Positions 31,275-43,085 of a DNA stretch of 64,000 nt are shown here, in pieces. Under the pieces are notes generated by a model. That model worked only from the letters and a program-made list of their open reading frames with translations. It was not told the origin of the DNA and searched no databases. The stretch is taken from contig CAVWLW010000033.1 of NCBI GenBank assembly GCA_963755715.1, forward strand, positions 128,001-192,000, written 5' to 3'. The translations under genes were made by a program, and so were the position numbers. Origin of the DNA: an uncultured delta proteobacterium. GTDB lineage: Bacteria > Desulfobacterota > Binatia > UBA9968. The first letter of the stretch is position 1. Every line of letters begins with the position of its first letter.

Positions 31275-32816
31275 ATGTTTAAACGCATCCTCATCGCCAA
31301 TCGAGGCGAGATTGCCGTGCGCATCGCGCGCGCTTGCCGCGAGCTCGACATCGAGACCGTTGCGGTTTATTCGGCGGCCGACCGCGAATCTCTGCACGTC
31401 AAATACGCCGACCACGCCTATCCGATCGGACCCGCGCCGTCGATCCAGAGTTATCTGTCGATCGACCGCATTATTGAGGTTTGCAAAAAAAGCCGCGCCG
31501 AAGCGGTGCATCCGGGCTACGGGTTTCTAGCCGAGAACGCGGCGTTTGCCCAGCGCTGCAAGGACGAGGGCATCGTGTTTATCGGCCCATCGCCGCAAGT
31601 GATCGATCAGATGGGCGATAAAGTGAAGGCGCGGCAGATTATGAAAGGCGCCGGCGTGCCTGTAGTGCCGGGATCGGACGGTATTTTGACCTCGGAGGAA
31701 GAGGTCTTAAAGACGATCGAATCGATCGGTTATCCCTGTATGTTGAAGGCGGTGGCCGGCGGTGGCGGCAAGGGGCTGAGGCTCGTCCGTCGACCTCGCG
31801 AGGTATCATCCGCGTTTCGCGCGGTGGGCTCTGAGGCGTCGTCATCCTTCGGCGATGCCCGGCTTTACGTCGAGAAATTCATCGAAAAACCCCGCCACGT
31901 GGAGATTCAAATCCTTGCCGACAGCTACGGTCACGTGATTCATCTCTACGACCGCGAGTGCTCGATTCAGCGGCGCCATCAGAAAGTTCTTGAGGAGTCA
32001 CCGGCGCCGGGGATGGACGATCGCACACGCCGGCGCATTGGCCGGATCGCTATTCAAGGCGCGCGCGCCGTCGGGTACGTTGGCGCAGGGACGTTGGAGT
32101 TTCTGCTCGACCAGGAACAAAATTTCTATTTCCTCGAAATGAACACGCGTCTCCAAGTCGAGCATGCGGTGACCGAGCGGGTCGTCGGCATCGATCTGGT
32201 CAAAGCTCAGATTGAAGTCGCCGCCGGCGGTTACTTGCCGTGGCGCCAGCGCCATATCACGCAAACCGGCCACGCCATCGAGTGCCGCATTTACGCCGAG
32301 GACCCGGAAAGAGATTTCATGCCCTGTCCGGGTAAGATCGAAGGGCTGCGCTTGCCTGAGGGACTCGGCTTGAGAAATGACTGCGGTGTCTACGAAGGCG
32401 CCGAAGTGCCGATTTATTACGATCCGATGATCGCCAAGCTGATCACCTGGGGCGAAAATCGGATCGAGGCGATTCTGCGCATGCGCCGCGCCTTGCGCGA
32501 ATACCAAGTGCGCGGCATCAAAACCAACATTTCATTCAACCAGTGGATCTTGCGCCACCCGCGCTTCATGTCCGGAGACGTCAATACCGGCTTCATCGAA
32601 GAGGAATACCGCGCCTCGAATAGCGAAGAAGTGCTGCCGCACAAAGAAATCGCGCTTGCTTCCGCGGCGATCGCGGCGCTCCATCGCGAACAGGAACAGA
32701 CTTTGGGACTTTTAGCCCGAGGAGCCGCCGAACCGTCGAAGTGGCGCGAGCAGGGCAAGCGCAATTCGCTGCGCCGCCACGAAAGTTTCACAGGCCGCGG
32801 CTGGCGCCGCTCGTAA
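31275..32816 (+). CDS. accC: Biotin carboxylase subunit
   Basis: ILIANRGEIA, HPGYGFLAEN, GGGGKG, RECSIQRRHQK, EMNTRLQVEH, YYDPMIAK. Confidence 0.92.
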   Translation: MFKRILIANRGEIAVRIARACRELDIETVAVYSAADRESLHVKYADHAYPIGPAPSIQSYLSIDRIIEVCKKSRAEAVHPGYGFLAENAAFAQRCKDEGIVFIGPSPQVIDQMGDKVKARQIMKGAGVPVVPGSDGILTSEEEVLKTIESIGYPCMLKAVAGGGGKGLRLVRRPREVSSAFRAVGSEASSSFGDARLYVEKFIEKPRHVEIQILADSYGHVIHLYDRECSIQRRHQKVLEESPAPGMDDRTRRRIGRIAIQGARAVGYVGAGTLEFLLDQEQNFYFLEMNTRLQVEHAVTERVVGIDLVKAQIEVAAGGYLPWRQRHITQTGHAIECRIYAEDPERDFMPCPGKIEGLRLPEGLGLRNDCGVYEGAEVPIYYDPMIAKLITWGENRIEAILRMRRALREYQVRGIKTNISFNQWILRHPRFMSGDVNTGFIEEEYRASNSEEVLPHKEIALASAAIAALHREQEQTLGLLARGAAEPSKWREQGKRNSLRRHESFTGRGWRRS

Positions 32817-32826
32817 GGCTTGAGAC

Positions 32827-33330
32827 ATGGCTTTTATCGCCAAGCTCGGAGAGCAGAGCTACACGGTCGAGATCGAAGAGAACGGCAAGTCGGTCTACCG
32901 GGTTTCGGTCGACGGCAATGAATTCCTCGTCGATGGCAAGAAAACCGGACGGACCAATTTTTCCTTGATCGTCGATAACCGCTCCTTTGAAATCGAGGTC
33001 GACAACACGGATGACGAATACCGCGTGCTCGTCGACGGGCGCAATTATCGCATTCACCTCGTCGACGAGCGCCGCGTGCGGGTCGGCGCTGCGCAATCGG
33101 GTCTGCAACTTCAGGGGCGTCAGATGGTGTCGGTGCCGATGCCCGGGAAGATTATCGCGGTGCTGGTGGCGGTCGGCGACGCCGTAGAAATGGGTCAGGG
33201 ACTGGTGATCGTCGAGGCGATGAAAATGGAAAATGAGGTGCGCAGCCCGATCAGCGGGGAAGTCAAAGAGATCAAAGTCAAACCCGGCGACACCGTCGAA
33301 GGCGGCGCGCTGCTCGTGATCGTCGAGTAA
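32827..33330 (+). CDS. Biotin carboxyl carrier protein
   Basis: PMPGKI, EAMKMENE biotinylation site. Confidence 0.92.
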   Translation: MAFIAKLGEQSYTVEIEENGKSVYRVSVDGNEFLVDGKKTGRTNFSLIVDNRSFEIEVDNTDDEYRVLVDGRNYRIHLVDERRVRVGAAQSGLQLQGRQMVSVPMPGKIIAVLVAVGDAVEMGQGLVIVEAMKMENEVRSPISGEVKEIKVKPGDTVEGGALLVIVE

Positions 33331-33399
33331 CATGGTTTTAACCGATTTTTTGAGCGAAATTGTTGTCTGTCAGTTTTATTCGTGTTATAGCAGCGCTCG

Positions 33400-33951
33400 A
33401 TGATTCCGAAAAAATGTTTTTTTACCAAAGGAGTCGGCGTCCACAAGGAAAAGTTGGCGTCCTTCGAGTTGGCCTTGCGTTCGGCCGGGTTGGCCTACTG
33501 CAATCTAGTCCTGGTCTCGAGCATCTACCCGCCGGGCTGTAAGCGTATTTCCAAAGAAGAAGGCACCAAGCTGCTCCGGCCGGGCGAGATCGTCTTTTGC
33601 GTTTACGACCGCGAGAGCACCAACGAGCCGAACCGTTTAGTCGCGGCCTCGGTGGGCGTCGCCATTCCGGCGGATCAGGAGCAGCACGGTTATCTCTCCG
33701 AGCATCATTCGTTCGGCGAGACCGAAGAAAAAGCCGGCGAGTACGCCGAGGACTTGGCGGCCAGCATGTTAGCCACCACCCTTGGCATCGAATTCGACCC
33801 GGACACCGCCTGGGATGAGCGAGAAAACCTCTTCAAGATGTCCGGCAAGATCGTGCGCACTTCGAACATCACCCAATCGGCCATCGGCAACAAGGACGGG
33901 CTTTGGACCACGGTGTTTGCCGCCTGCGCCTTTATCAACGACGATAATTAG
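33400..33951 (+). CDS. pdaD: Pyruvoyl-dependent arginine decarboxylase
   Basis: [27 protein letters not shown] (Ser-Ser self-cleavage site), GYLSEHH. Confidence 0.88.
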   Translation: MIPKKCFFTKGVGVHKEKLASFELALRSAGLAYCNLVLVSSIYPPGCKRISKEEGTKLLRPGEIVFCVYDRESTNEPNRLVAASVGVAIPADQEQHGYLSEHHSFGETEEKAGEYAEDLAASMLATTLGIEFDPDTAWDERENLFKMSGKIVRTSNITQSAIGNKDGLWTTVFAACAFINDDN

Positions 33952-34011
33952 CCGAGCCGGCTTCTTTTTCGGATGTGTTCCAAAGGGCTGACCCCATGCG
34001 GTTGGCCCTTT

Positions 34012-34785
34012 TTATTTAGCGTCGCGTTCCAAACGATTCATTCTGTAACGCGCGGCGTAGGCCGCGCCGATGCTGATGGCATAGAGCAACAGCAGCGGCG
34101 CCATCAGGAGCAGTTGCGAGATAAAATCGGGCGGCGTTAATACCGCGGCGAGGAGCGCAAGCAGGACAACGGCGTAGCCGCTGTGACGCAGCAAAAATCG
34201 GTGATCGATGAGTCCCACGCGCGCGACAAAGAACGCCAGCACCGGCAGCTCGAACATCACGCCGAAGGCGAGCACGAGGCGAGAGACCAGCGATAAGTAA
34301 TCGCCGACCTGCAGCAGCGGTTGGATGTCGATCGCTTCGTAGCGGTGCAGCAGAAAACTCAACCCACCGCCAATCACGACTGCGTAACAGAATACCACGC
34401 CGCCAATGAAGAAAAACGACCCGAAGAGGGCGAAGCTCCGAGTGTAGCGCTTTTCATGCTCGTACAACCCCGGCGCGACAAATTGCCAAGCCTGCCAAAG
34501 CCAAACCGGCGAGGTGACAATGATCGCGGCGATGAACGAGACTTTCATTTTGGTAAAGAAAGCTTCGGTCACCGTCGTGCCGATCAGCGCGAGCCCATGA
34601 ATGTGCAGGCGCCGCACCGGCGCGACTAGGATGGCAAATATTTCATCGACGACGGCGTAACAGCCGGCAAAAGCGACCGCGATCGCGAGCGCGCTTTTGA
34701 TCAGTCGTGAGCGCAGCTCCGCCAGATGAGAGGTAAAGGGCATCTGGACGTCAGAAGCCTGCCCGTTACCGACAATCGTGTTCAC
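34012..34785 (-). CDS. tatC: Twin-arginine translocase TatC
   Basis: [29 protein letters not shown]. Confidence 0.92.
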   Translation of the reverse strand: MNTIVGNGQASDVQMPFTSHLAELRSRLIKSALAIAVAFAGCYAVVDEIFAILVAPVRRLHIHGLALIGTTVTEAFFTKMKVSFIAAIIVTSPVWLWQAWQFVAPGLYEHEKRYTRSFALFGSFFFIGGVVFCYAVVIGGGLSFLLHRYEAIDIQPLLQVGDYLSLVSRLVLAFGVMFELPVLAFFVARVGLIDHRFLLRHSGYAVVLLALLAAVLTPPDFISQLLLMAPLLLLYAISIGAAYAARYRMNRLERDAK

Positions 34786-35054
34786 GTCTTTGCAGCAGTG
34801 GCTGGAGGATTTTCCGGCTTAGTTTCAGGCGGCTTTTCTAGCGACGGCTCGTCTTTATGGGTTGCGCTCGGCGCGGTATCTTCGGTGTCGCGCTCCATCT
34901 GGCGGAATTCGTCTTTCAATTCGTCAGTCGCGCGACGAAACTCAGCCAGGCCCTTGCCCAACGCGCGCGCGAGTTCGGGCAATTTCTTCGGTCCCAGCAC
35001 GATCAGCGCCAGGCCGAGAATCAAAAGCAACTCTGGCATGCCGATACCAAACAT
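34782..35054 (-). CDS. TatA/TatB-family translocase subunit
   Basis: [27 protein letters not shown]. Confidence 0.9.
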   Translation of the reverse strand: MFGIGMPELLLILGLALIVLGPKKLPELARALGKGLAEFRRATDELKDEFRQMERDTEDTAPSATHKDEPSLEKPPETKPENPPATAAKT

Positions 35055-35139
35055 GAAGGTAAACTATGCGATTTCGCGGGCCGGCGCAAGAATTGCCCGC
35101 TACTTTGCAGGAGCGCCGACGAGATGTTAGGTTATTTCG

Positions 35140-36168
35140 ATGGCAAAGCCGCTGGTCGTCATCGACCAAGGATATTTAAAACATCTGCCCGGCGAGTCTC
35201 ATCCCGAACGTCCCGAACGTATTCAAGCGCTGCTCAACTTGGCCGGCGCTCTTGATAAACAAATGTTTGAGCTCGCTTCTCCCCGGGCGGCGACCCGCGC
35301 CGATGTCGAATACACTCACGGCGCCGATCACGTACGTCTGGTCGAATCGACCTCGAAGCACAATCGCTACGCGCTCGACGGCGATACGATTACCTGCCGC
35401 GATTCGTTCGGCGTCGCCTTGTTGGCGGTGGGAGGATTTTTAACTTTGTTGGATGCCATTGCGTCAAAGCAAAGCTCAAACGGTTTTGCCCTGGTCCGGC
35501 CGCCAGGCCATCACGCCTTGCGCGATCACGCGATGGGTTTTTGCTTGTTCAACACCATGGCGATCGGCGCCGAATATTTAAAGCGCGTCTACGGCGCAAA
35601 AAAGATTTTGATCATGGACTGGGACGTGCATCATGGCAACGGCACTCAGGCGGCGTTTTACGACGATCCTACGGTTTTATTTATTTCCACGCACCAGTTT
35701 CCGTTCTATCCCGGCAGCGGCGCGGTCAACGAAACCGGCGTCGGCGCGGGTGAAGGTTTTACGCTCAACGTCCCGCTTCCGGCCGGCTGCACCGACGCCG
35801 AATATCTGCAAGTCTTCCAAGATATCGTCGTTCCCGCCGCCGAGAAATTTCAGCCCGATTGGATTTTAGTTTCGGCCGGATTCGATCCGCACCGGCGCGA
35901 TCCGCTCGGCGGCATGAATGTCACCGAAGAGGGCTTCGGCGCCATGGCGCGTTTGCTTCTGGCGCTGGCGAACAGGTTTGCCGATGGGCGGATCGCCTTC
36001 TTACTCGAAGGCGGCTACGATCTGGCCGGACTGCGCGATTCCGTGGCGGCAGTGTTGGCCGCCATGCAAGCCCAAGTTCCGCCGCCCGCCGGGCATTTGC
36101 CACTGGCTGAGAGCAGGATCGAGCCGGTTATCCGTCGCATACTACAAGTGCACGAAAAGTATCAATAA
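35140..36168 (+). CDS. Histone deacetylase-family (AcuC/AphA-like) amidohydrolase
   Basis: HPERPER, RPPGHHA, GFCLFN, DWDVHHGNGTQ, SAGFD, LEGGY. Confidence 0.92.
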   Translation: MAKPLVVIDQGYLKHLPGESHPERPERIQALLNLAGALDKQMFELASPRAATRADVEYTHGADHVRLVESTSKHNRYALDGDTITCRDSFGVALLAVGGFLTLLDAIASKQSSNGFALVRPPGHHALRDHAMGFCLFNTMAIGAEYLKRVYGAKKILIMDWDVHHGNGTQAAFYDDPTVLFISTHQFPFYPGSGAVNETGVGAGEGFTLNVPLPAGCTDAEYLQVFQDIVVPAAEKFQPDWILVSAGFDPHRRDPLGGMNVTEEGFGAMARLLLALANRFADGRIAFLLEGGYDLAGLRDSVAAVLAAMQAQVPPPAGHLPLAESRIEPVIRRILQVHEKYQ

Positions 36169-36255
36169 ACTAAATTCCCATTAACTATTGACCCTCTCGA
36201 ATGACTCATCTATCTTTACGCAAATCCGCCACAGTTTAGCTAGGAATCGTAAAAC

Positions 36256-37500
36256 ATGCATGAACAACGCAGAGTTGTCGTCACCGGACTTGGTTTGATC
36301 TCGCCCTTGGGCACCGGTGTCGATAAAAATTGGCGTGCCTTGATCGAAGGGCGATCGGGCATCAGGTCGATCACGCGCTTTGCCACCGACGGATTCGCCT
36401 CGCGCATCGCCGGCGAGGTGCCGGATTTCAAAGTCGAAGATTTTATCGAGCCCAAAGAGATCAAGAAGATGGATATTTTCATCCATTACGCTGTGGGCGC
36501 GGCGTCTATGGCGATGGCCGACAGCGGTCTCAAAATCGAGGGTGAGTTTGCTGAAACGGTCGGTGTCATCATCGGCGTCGGTTTGTGCGGCCTCGATACG
36601 ATCGAAACCACCAAGGAAGCATTATTGAGCGGCGGTCCACGCAAAATATCGCCGTTTTTCATTCCTAAAGTCATTTCCAATCTGGCGCCGGGTCACGTCG
36701 CGATTCGCTTCGGTGCCAAGGGCGTCAACTGGACGCCGACCTCCGCTTGTGCTTCAGGGACGCACGCGATCGGTGAAGCGTTTCATCTCATTCAGCGCGG
36801 GCTCCAGGATGCGGTCATTGCCGGCGGCGCCGAATCGACGATTACGCCTTTGGCCGTGGGCGGGTTCGCCGCCATGAAAGCGCTCTCGACGCGCAACGAC
36901 GAGCCGGAGCGGGCAAGCCGGCCGTTCGACAAAGAGCGCGACGGTTTTGTCATCGGCGAAGGATCCGGAGTGTTAATTCTCGAAGAGCGCGAACACGCGC
37001 TCGCGCGCGGCGCGAGGATCTACGGCGAAGTGATTGGTTATGCCGCAACCGGCGATGCTTATCACATGACCGCTCCGGCACCTGACGGCGAAGGCGCGGC
37101 GCGCTGCATGCGCTTGGCGCTCAAAGACGCTGGGCTGGCGCCGACCGACGTCGATTACATCAACGCACACGGCACTTCGACGGAGTACAACGACGCCAAC
37201 GAAACCAAGGCGATCAAGACGGTATTCGGCGAGCAAGCGGCCAAGGTCGCGGTGAGCTCGACGAAGTCAATGACGGGTCACTTGCTCGGCGCGGCTGGCG
37301 CCGTCGAAGGCGTCTATTCCGTGCTGACGCTTTACCACGGTATCATTCCGCCGACGATCAATTATGAAAATCCCGACCCCGAGTGCGATCTCGACTATGT
37401 GCCCAACAAAGCGCGCAAGGCGGACGTAAAGGTGGTGTTGTCCAACTCTTTCGGTTTTGGCGGCACCAACGCTTGCGTGATTTTTCGGAGAGCCCAATGA
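36256..37500 (+). CDS. fabF: 3-oxoacyl-ACP synthase II
   Basis: [39 protein letters not shown]. Confidence 0.95.
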   Translation: MHEQRRVVVTGLGLISPLGTGVDKNWRALIEGRSGIRSITRFATDGFASRIAGEVPDFKVEDFIEPKEIKKMDIFIHYAVGAASMAMADSGLKIEGEFAETVGVIIGVGLCGLDTIETTKEALLSGGPRKISPFFIPKVISNLAPGHVAIRFGAKGVNWTPTSACASGTHAIGEAFHLIQRGLQDAVIAGGAESTITPLAVGGFAAMKALSTRNDEPERASRPFDKERDGFVIGEGSGVLILEEREHALARGARIYGEVIGYAATGDAYHMTAPAPDGEGAARCMRLALKDAGLAPTDVDYINAHGTSTEYNDANETKAIKTVFGEQAAKVAVSSTKSMTGHLLGAAGAVEGVYSVLTLYHGIIPPTINYENPDPECDLDYVPNKARKADVKVVLSNSFGFGGTNACVIFRRAQ

Positions 37501-38489
37501 GCGCAGCGCAACGACGCAGCGTGATTTTGGGCACCGGCTCCGAGCTGCCCACGAAGGTGGTGACCAATCGCGACCTGGAAAAAATGGTCGAGACCAGCGA
37601 CGAATGGATCACGGTGCGCACCGGGATTAAAGAGCGGCGCATCCTCGAAGAGGGCAAAGGCAATGCCGACATGGCGTTTGTGGCCGCCCGGCGAGCCCTC
37701 GATGACGCCGGCGTCGAGCCCAATGATCTTGACGCGATCATCATGGGAACCGTCAGCGCGGACTATTTAATGCCGAGCTCGGCCTGTGTGCTGGAAGATT
37801 TGCTCGGCGCGCGCAACGCATTCTCCTTCGATGTCGGCGCGGCGTGTTCGGGATTTATCAATGCCATCTCGGTGGCGGATTCTTTTATTCGTTCGGGCAA
37901 AATCAACAAGGCTCTGGTTGTCGGTTCCGACACGCTCAGCCGCTGGCTCAATTGGCAGGATCGCACCACCTGCATTCTCTTTGGTGACGCCGCCGGCGCG
38001 GTGGTCCTGGGTGCTTCGGAAAACGGCGCCGGCATTCTCAGCACCAAGCTGCGCACCGACGGCTCTTACGTCAAACAGCTCTACGTGCCGGCGGGCGGCT
38101 CGCTCCAACCGGCGACGCCGGCGACCGTGCAGCGCAACGAACATACGATCACGATGAACGGCAAGGAAGTCTTCAAGATCGCCGTGCGTTCGATGGAGGA
38201 AATCAGCCGCCAGGCGCTGGCCGAGGCCGGCGTCGCCGTCGAGCAGGTTTCACTGGTGATCCCGCATCAGGCCAATCGCCGGATCATCGTCGCGCTCGCC
38301 GAGCGGCTCGGCGTGCCGATGGAAAGAGTGATGGTGAATGTCGATAAATACGGCAACACTTCCGCGGCGTCGATCCCGGTCGCATTGGACGAAGCCAAAC
38401 GCCAAGGGCGGATCAAGCCCGGCGACATCGTGCTGTTTAACGCCTTCGGCGCCGGCTTTGCCTGGGGTGCCGCCGTGGTGAAATTCTAG
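37497..38489 (+). CDS. fabH: 3-oxoacyl-ACP synthase III
   Basis: [36 protein letters not shown]. Confidence 0.95.
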   Translation: MSAAQRRSVILGTGSELPTKVVTNRDLEKMVETSDEWITVRTGIKERRILEEGKGNADMAFVAARRALDDAGVEPNDLDAIIMGTVSADYLMPSSACVLEDLLGARNAFSFDVGAACSGFINAISVADSFIRSGKINKALVVGSDTLSRWLNWQDRTTCILFGDAAGAVVLGASENGAGILSTKLRTDGSYVKQLYVPAGGSLQPATPATVQRNEHTITMNGKEVFKIAVRSMEEISRQALAEAGVAVEQVSLVIPHQANRRIIVALAERLGVPMERVMVNVDKYGNTSAASIPVALDEAKRQGRIKPGDIVLFNAFGAGFAWGAAVVKF

Positions 38490-38509
38490 CTCGCTCGTGC
38501 TCCGGCCAA

Positions 38510-39857
38510 TTATTTTCGCGTGTGTCTTTCCGTTACCTCTGCTCGGAGATCGTTGAGCAGCGCTGAGAATTCAACTGGATACTGATGCGGCTTTCGAATC
38601 GATTTGACCGCCGGCGGCAACCCGGCGAAGTCGGCGGCGAAGAGCTCCCGGCTCTCTTTCAAAGACGGGTCGGGCTCGGTTTTTTTGCCGCCGCGCATAA
38701 CTTCTTTCAGCAACCTCTCTCCGCCGAGCTGCTCGTCGCGCAAGCCGATAACGTCGCGTGTGAAAACTCCCGTGCTATCGCGCAGCCGAAACAACTGCTT
38801 TCGTCCGGGCAACGAAACTTTTCCGGTGCTGAGCTTTAGGACAGGCCGGTTTTGGTATTCCACCAGTTTGTAGGACATGTCCGTCCATGGCACGTCGGCC
38901 GACGTGCCCATTTTGGTGCCGACGCCGTAGCTATCGAAGGGCACGTTGGCAGCGCTAAACTCGGCCAAGTCATATTCGTCCAAGCCGCCGCTGCCGATGA
39001 TCTTCAGCTCCGTCAAATTGGCCTCGTCGAAAATCTTTCTGACCTGGCGCGCCAGTTCCGCCAAATCACCGCTGTCGATGCGCACGCCGAGCAGTTTCTG
39101 CCCGCGCGCGGTCATTTCTTTAGCCACCTGCACGGCATGGCGCGCGCCCTGCAAGCGTGTCGTAGGTATCGATGAGCAGGATCGCGTTCTGCGGGAAGCT
39201 GGCGACATAAGCTCGAAAAGCGTCGATCTCGCGCTCGAAGCTCGACACGAACGAGTGGGCCATGGTGCCGACGATCGGAATTCCATAGTCCTGTCCCGCC
39301 ATGACGTTGCTGGTGCCGACGAAGCCCGTGAGGTAGCTGGCGCGGGCGACTTTCATGCCGGCATCGATGCCGTGGGTGCGGCGTAGCGCAAAGTCAACCA
39401 CTGGCCGGCCCTGGGCGGCATAGACGCAGCGCGCGGCTTTAGTCGCGATGAGTGTTTGCAGATGGAGCTGATTGATGATGAACGTCTCGATGATCTGGGC
39501 CTGAATGACCGGCGCGGTGACTTCCAGGACCGGTTCGTCTTTAAAAAATATTTTTCCTTCAGGAATCGCCCAAACGTCGCCGGTGAAGCGGAGCTCGGTT
39601 AGGTGACGCAGAAATTCGTCCGAAAACTGTTTTTGCCGGGCTAGATATTCGATCGCGGCGGGATCGAAAGCGAAGTTTTCGAGATAATCCAAGACGTCGC
39701 ACAAGCCGGCCGAAACGAAATAGCCTCGATCGAGCGGATAGGAGCGGATAAATAGGCTGAAAGTGGCATCACCGAGCTGCTGCTCGCGAAAATAGCTCTG
39801 CGCCATCGTCAGTTGATAAAGATCGGTCAGCAGCGTCAAGTTTCTCTGCGCGGGCAT
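38510..39857 (-). CDS. pncB: Nicotinate phosphoribosyltransferase, frameshift ~39150
   Basis: LLTDLYQLTM, DFALRR, GTMAHS, LLIDTYD; second frame GVRIDSGD, SGGLDE, GVGT. Confidence 0.9.
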
Positions 39858-40004
39858 TGCGGCTCCAATCAAGCGCGAGTGTAGTTTAAAATGGGCCATC
39901 GAGTAAAGCTCGCGACCGGCCTGTGTTGTTGATTTATCCGCACCATTTTGTTAAGGATTTTCAATACTAGCCGCGCTTAATCGGTCATCAACAGGAGGAC
40001 GTTA

Positions 40005-40727
40005 ATGTTCACCGACAAAGTCGAACTCAAGGACTTCGAGAAACAGGATCCGGAATATCAGGATTTGCTCCGTCGCGTGCTCGCCATCCAGGCGGACTGC
40101 GAAATCGGCGGACCGAATCTTTATGTAAAGCACATTCTACCGTCGGCGCCGACCAAGCTGGATCAGCTCATTGTCGCCCGCACGGCCGCCGAGGAAATGG
40201 ATCATTTCCGAAAAATGGCCCGTTTGGCTGGTGACATTGGCGTAGATGTTACCTACACGCTCAGCCGACCCAACCAAGAAAGATATGTCGAGGCATTTCG
40301 CGGCGAAATCAAAACTTGGGAAGATTATGCCGTATTCGGATTTCTCGTCGATCGAGTCGGTCGGTTTCAGCTCGAGGAGTTTCTCGATTGCACTTACCTG
40401 CCGCTGGCCCGCGTCGTTGAAGATCCTGACATCATCCGCGAAGAAGAAGGACACGTCGACTTCGGCACCAACGCAGCGGCGGAGTACGCGGCCAAGGGCG
40501 GCGAGTCCAAGGAAAGAATTCAAAGAGCAGTCGACTATTGGTACGTCAAAGGTCTCGACATGTTCGGCAATTCCAAGTCGTACCGTTCCGAGCGCTACAT
40601 GTTCTGGGGCTTGAAGCGCCGCCAAAACGCGGTGGCGCGCCAGCAGTACAAAGACGAGATCGACGCGCTGATTTTGAAAATGGGTCTTACGCTCCCCGAT
40701 CCCAACAAGGGGCGGCTTTATACATAA
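40005..40727 (+). CDS. PaaA/BoxB-like ferritin-fold diiron protein (phenylacetate-catabolism family)
   Basis: QADCE, AEEMDH, DRVGRFQLE, EEEGHVDFG, GLDMFG; RBS AGGAGG. Confidence 0.78.
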   Translation: MFTDKVELKDFEKQDPEYQDLLRRVLAIQADCEIGGPNLYVKHILPSAPTKLDQLIVARTAAEEMDHFRKMARLAGDIGVDVTYTLSRPNQERYVEAFRGEIKTWEDYAVFGFLVDRVGRFQLEEFLDCTYLPLARVVEDPDIIREEEGHVDFGTNAAAEYAAKGGESKERIQRAVDYWYVKGLDMFGNSKSYRSERYMFWGLKRRQNAVARQQYKDEIDALILKMGLTLPDPNKGRLYT

Positions 40728-40744
40728 GGGAGAGAGGAAAAGCT

Positions 40745-40937
40745 ATGGAACCAGCAGCTAACACAGAAGCCTTAGATCAGCAGTTTAAGGAATTTATTCA
40801 AGGCGATAAAAAAAGCGGTGGGCGCCGGCATACCGCATCTCAAGGACGATCCGAAAATCGTCGACCAGTCGATTGCTGACTGCAAGGAGATTTTGGATGT
40901 CGTCATGGAAGGCAATGTGAAAGAGTGGCTTGCCTGA
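40745..40937 (+). CDS. Small hypothetical protein (~63 aa), one-base frameshift ~40797
   Basis: RBS GAGG; removing one base gives MEPAANTEALDQQFKEFIKAIKKAVGAGIPHLKDDPKIVDQSIADCKEILDVVMEGNVKEWLA; span is 193 nt = 64 codons + 1. Confidence 0.55.
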
Positions 40938-41047
40938 GCCGCCTTCAACATCGCGTCCGCTAAAGGTTTGTCAAAGGCGCCTGGATTTTCTAGGCGCCTT
41001 TGTTTATCAGCGACCGTTGCGTCGCTGTTCCAGAGGAGAGCGAAACA

Positions 41048-41827
41048 TTGAACGTTGTCGTTTGCGGTAAAGTAATTCCCGCCAGCACCGTCACCATCGA
41101 AATCGACCCGAACACCAAGCGCATGATGCGCAAGGGCGTGCCGCACGAGCTCGATCCGGCTGCCGCGAGCGCGGTGGAAGAAGGGCTGCGCCTGACCGAG
41201 AAGCACGGCGGCACAGTGACGCTTGTGACGATGGGCATCAGCGACATCACCATCGGCATTCGCAACGCTTTGGCGATGGGCGCGACTTCGGCAGTGCATA
41301 TTTTGGACGACGCCGTGGCCGGTTCCGATACGCTCGGCACGGCGAAACTCTTGGCCGCTGCCATCAAGAAACAAGAATTCGATTTGGTCATTTGCGCGAC
41401 GGAAAGCAGCGACAGTTACTCCGGCATCGTGCCCGGGCAGATCGCTCATTTTCTCGGCGTGCCGCCGCTGACCTTCGCCAAAGAAATCGTTGTCGACGGC
41501 GGTAAAATCACGATCAAGCGCCAAAGCGAGAGCGGTTACGACACCGTCGAGGCTGCGTTGCCTGCGCTGGTGGCCTGCAGCAGCGGTATCAATGAACCGC
41601 GCTATCCGCAGCTCAAGGGCATCATGGCGGCGAAGAAAAAAGAGATCAAAGTCTACACTGCAGCGGATCTTGGTCTGGCGGCGGATCAGGTCGGCGAGAA
41701 GGGCGCGCGGGAAAAAGTCCTCACCATCGGCCGGCCGGCCAAACGCCAGGCGGGCAGAGCAGTGACCGACGAAGGCGAAGGCGGCAAGCAGATCGCAGAT
41801 TTTCTTGCGGAAATCAAGGTGATCTAA
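41048..41827 (+). CDS. etfB: Electron transfer flavoprotein beta subunit
   Basis: RBS GAGGAG and TTG start; AVEEGLRL, ALAMGA, INEPRYP..GIMAAKKK. Confidence 0.9.
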   Translation: MNVVVCGKVIPASTVTIEIDPNTKRMMRKGVPHELDPAAASAVEEGLRLTEKHGGTVTLVTMGISDITIGIRNALAMGATSAVHILDDAVAGSDTLGTAKLLAAAIKKQEFDLVICATESSDSYSGIVPGQIAHFLGVPPLTFAKEIVVDGGKITIKRQSESGYDTVEAALPALVACSSGINEPRYPQLKGIMAAKKKEIKVYTAADLGLAADQVGEKGAREKVLTIGRPAKRQAGRAVTDEGEGGKQIADFLAEIKVI

Positions 41828-42796
41828 GTGGCGGACACAATCTGGGTATACGCTGAAATCAGCGAGGACAAAATAACCACGACCACTTTGGAGATGCTTG
41901 CCAAGGCGTCCGAAGCCGGCAAAGCGGAGGCGATACTCCTGGGACCCGCGCCCGAGGACGCCGTCCAGACGCTCGCTAAACATGGGGCGAGCAAGATTTA
42001 CCATTGCGCGGACGCGGTCTACACGGATTATTTAACCTTACCGGCGGCCGAGACGGTCGCCGGTTTGATTCAAAAGCATAGTCCAGCGGTGATGCTCTTC
42101 GCATCGAGTTATTCCGGCCGCGATCTGGTCGCCAACCTGAGCGCGCGGCTCGATTGCGGCGCGATTACCGACGTGGGCGATTTTCAACTCAAGGACGGCA
42201 GCGTCGAAGCGACGATTCCCGCGCTCGGCGCCAGCTACCAGAACACCAGCACGCTGGTGAGTCAGGGCACGAAGCTTCTAGTCGTGCGTCCTAAATCCTT
42301 CGAGCCGAAAGTCAACGAGCAGCCGGTGAGCGTCGAAGAAATACCGGCGGCATCGGCCGAAGGGCTGCGCAAAGTTCACATGAAAGAGCGGGTGGTCGTC
42401 AAGCGCGAAGGGCCGTCGCTCGAAGGCGCGAAGATCGTCATTTCCGGCGGGCGCGGGCTCAAGGGCGAAGAGCAATTCTCCATTCTCAAAGAACTCGCCG
42501 ATGTCCTCGGCGCCGCCGTCGGCGCCAGCCGCGCCGCGGTCGACGCCGGCTGGGTTCCCTACGCCATGCAGATCGGCCAGACCGGCAAAACCGTCAAGCC
42601 CGACGTCTACTTCGCCGTCGGCATCTCCGGCGCCGTGCAGCATCTCTCCGGCATGAAGACTTCCAAATACATCATCACCATCAACAAAGATCCCGAAGCG
42701 CCGATCTTTCAGTACTCCGACTTCGGCATCGTCGGCGATCTTTTCAAAGTCGTGCCGCAGTTGATCGAAGAGTTGAAAAAGCGCAAAGGCGCGTAG
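41828..42796 (+). CDS. etfA: Electron transfer flavoprotein alpha subunit
   Basis: [42 protein letters not shown]. Confidence 0.93.
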   Translation: MADTIWVYAEISEDKITTTTLEMLAKASEAGKAEAILLGPAPEDAVQTLAKHGASKIYHCADAVYTDYLTLPAAETVAGLIQKHSPAVMLFASSYSGRDLVANLSARLDCGAITDVGDFQLKDGSVEATIPALGASYQNTSTLVSQGTKLLVVRPKSFEPKVNEQPVSVEEIPAASAEGLRKVHMKERVVVKREGPSLEGAKIVISGGRGLKGEEQFSILKELADVLGAAVGASRAAVDAGWVPYAMQIGQTGKTVKPDVYFAVGISGAVQHLSGMKTSKYIITINKDPEAPIFQYSDFGIVGDLFKVVPQLIEELKKRKGA

Positions 42797-42824
42797 GTTC
42801 AATTCAACCACGAAGAAAACCACT

Positions 42825-42849
42825 GTAGGGGCGCGATTCATCGCGCCCT
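42825..42849. repeat. GTAG-type REP palindrome / terminator after etfA
   Basis: GTAGGGGCGCGATTCATCGCGCCCT followed by a T-run. Confidence 0.7.
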
Positions 42850-43085
42850 TTTTTGTTTTGCAGGTTGTCGCTCTGGTCAGGTTGGAATGTCGCATACAAT
42901 CCCGTGCGATTCGCGAATTCGGTGCGAACTTGTCGGTAGAAGGCCGCTTATTTCATATGAGAGATGAACCATTAAACAACATTGCCTAATTTGATGCTGA
43001 CAGCCAACGACATTCGCGCCGAAGGCAATTTGATATCGCCCAGGCGATCCCCTGCTATTCTAGCGATGAGTGGAGCGATTGTACT

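Noticed and set aside
40772-42004. 410-aa antisense ORF over etfB/etfA
   Set aside because: Shadow ORF of GC-rich coding sequence; no motifs. The same applies to most overlapping ORFs in the track (e.g. 28410..29600, 53991..54857).
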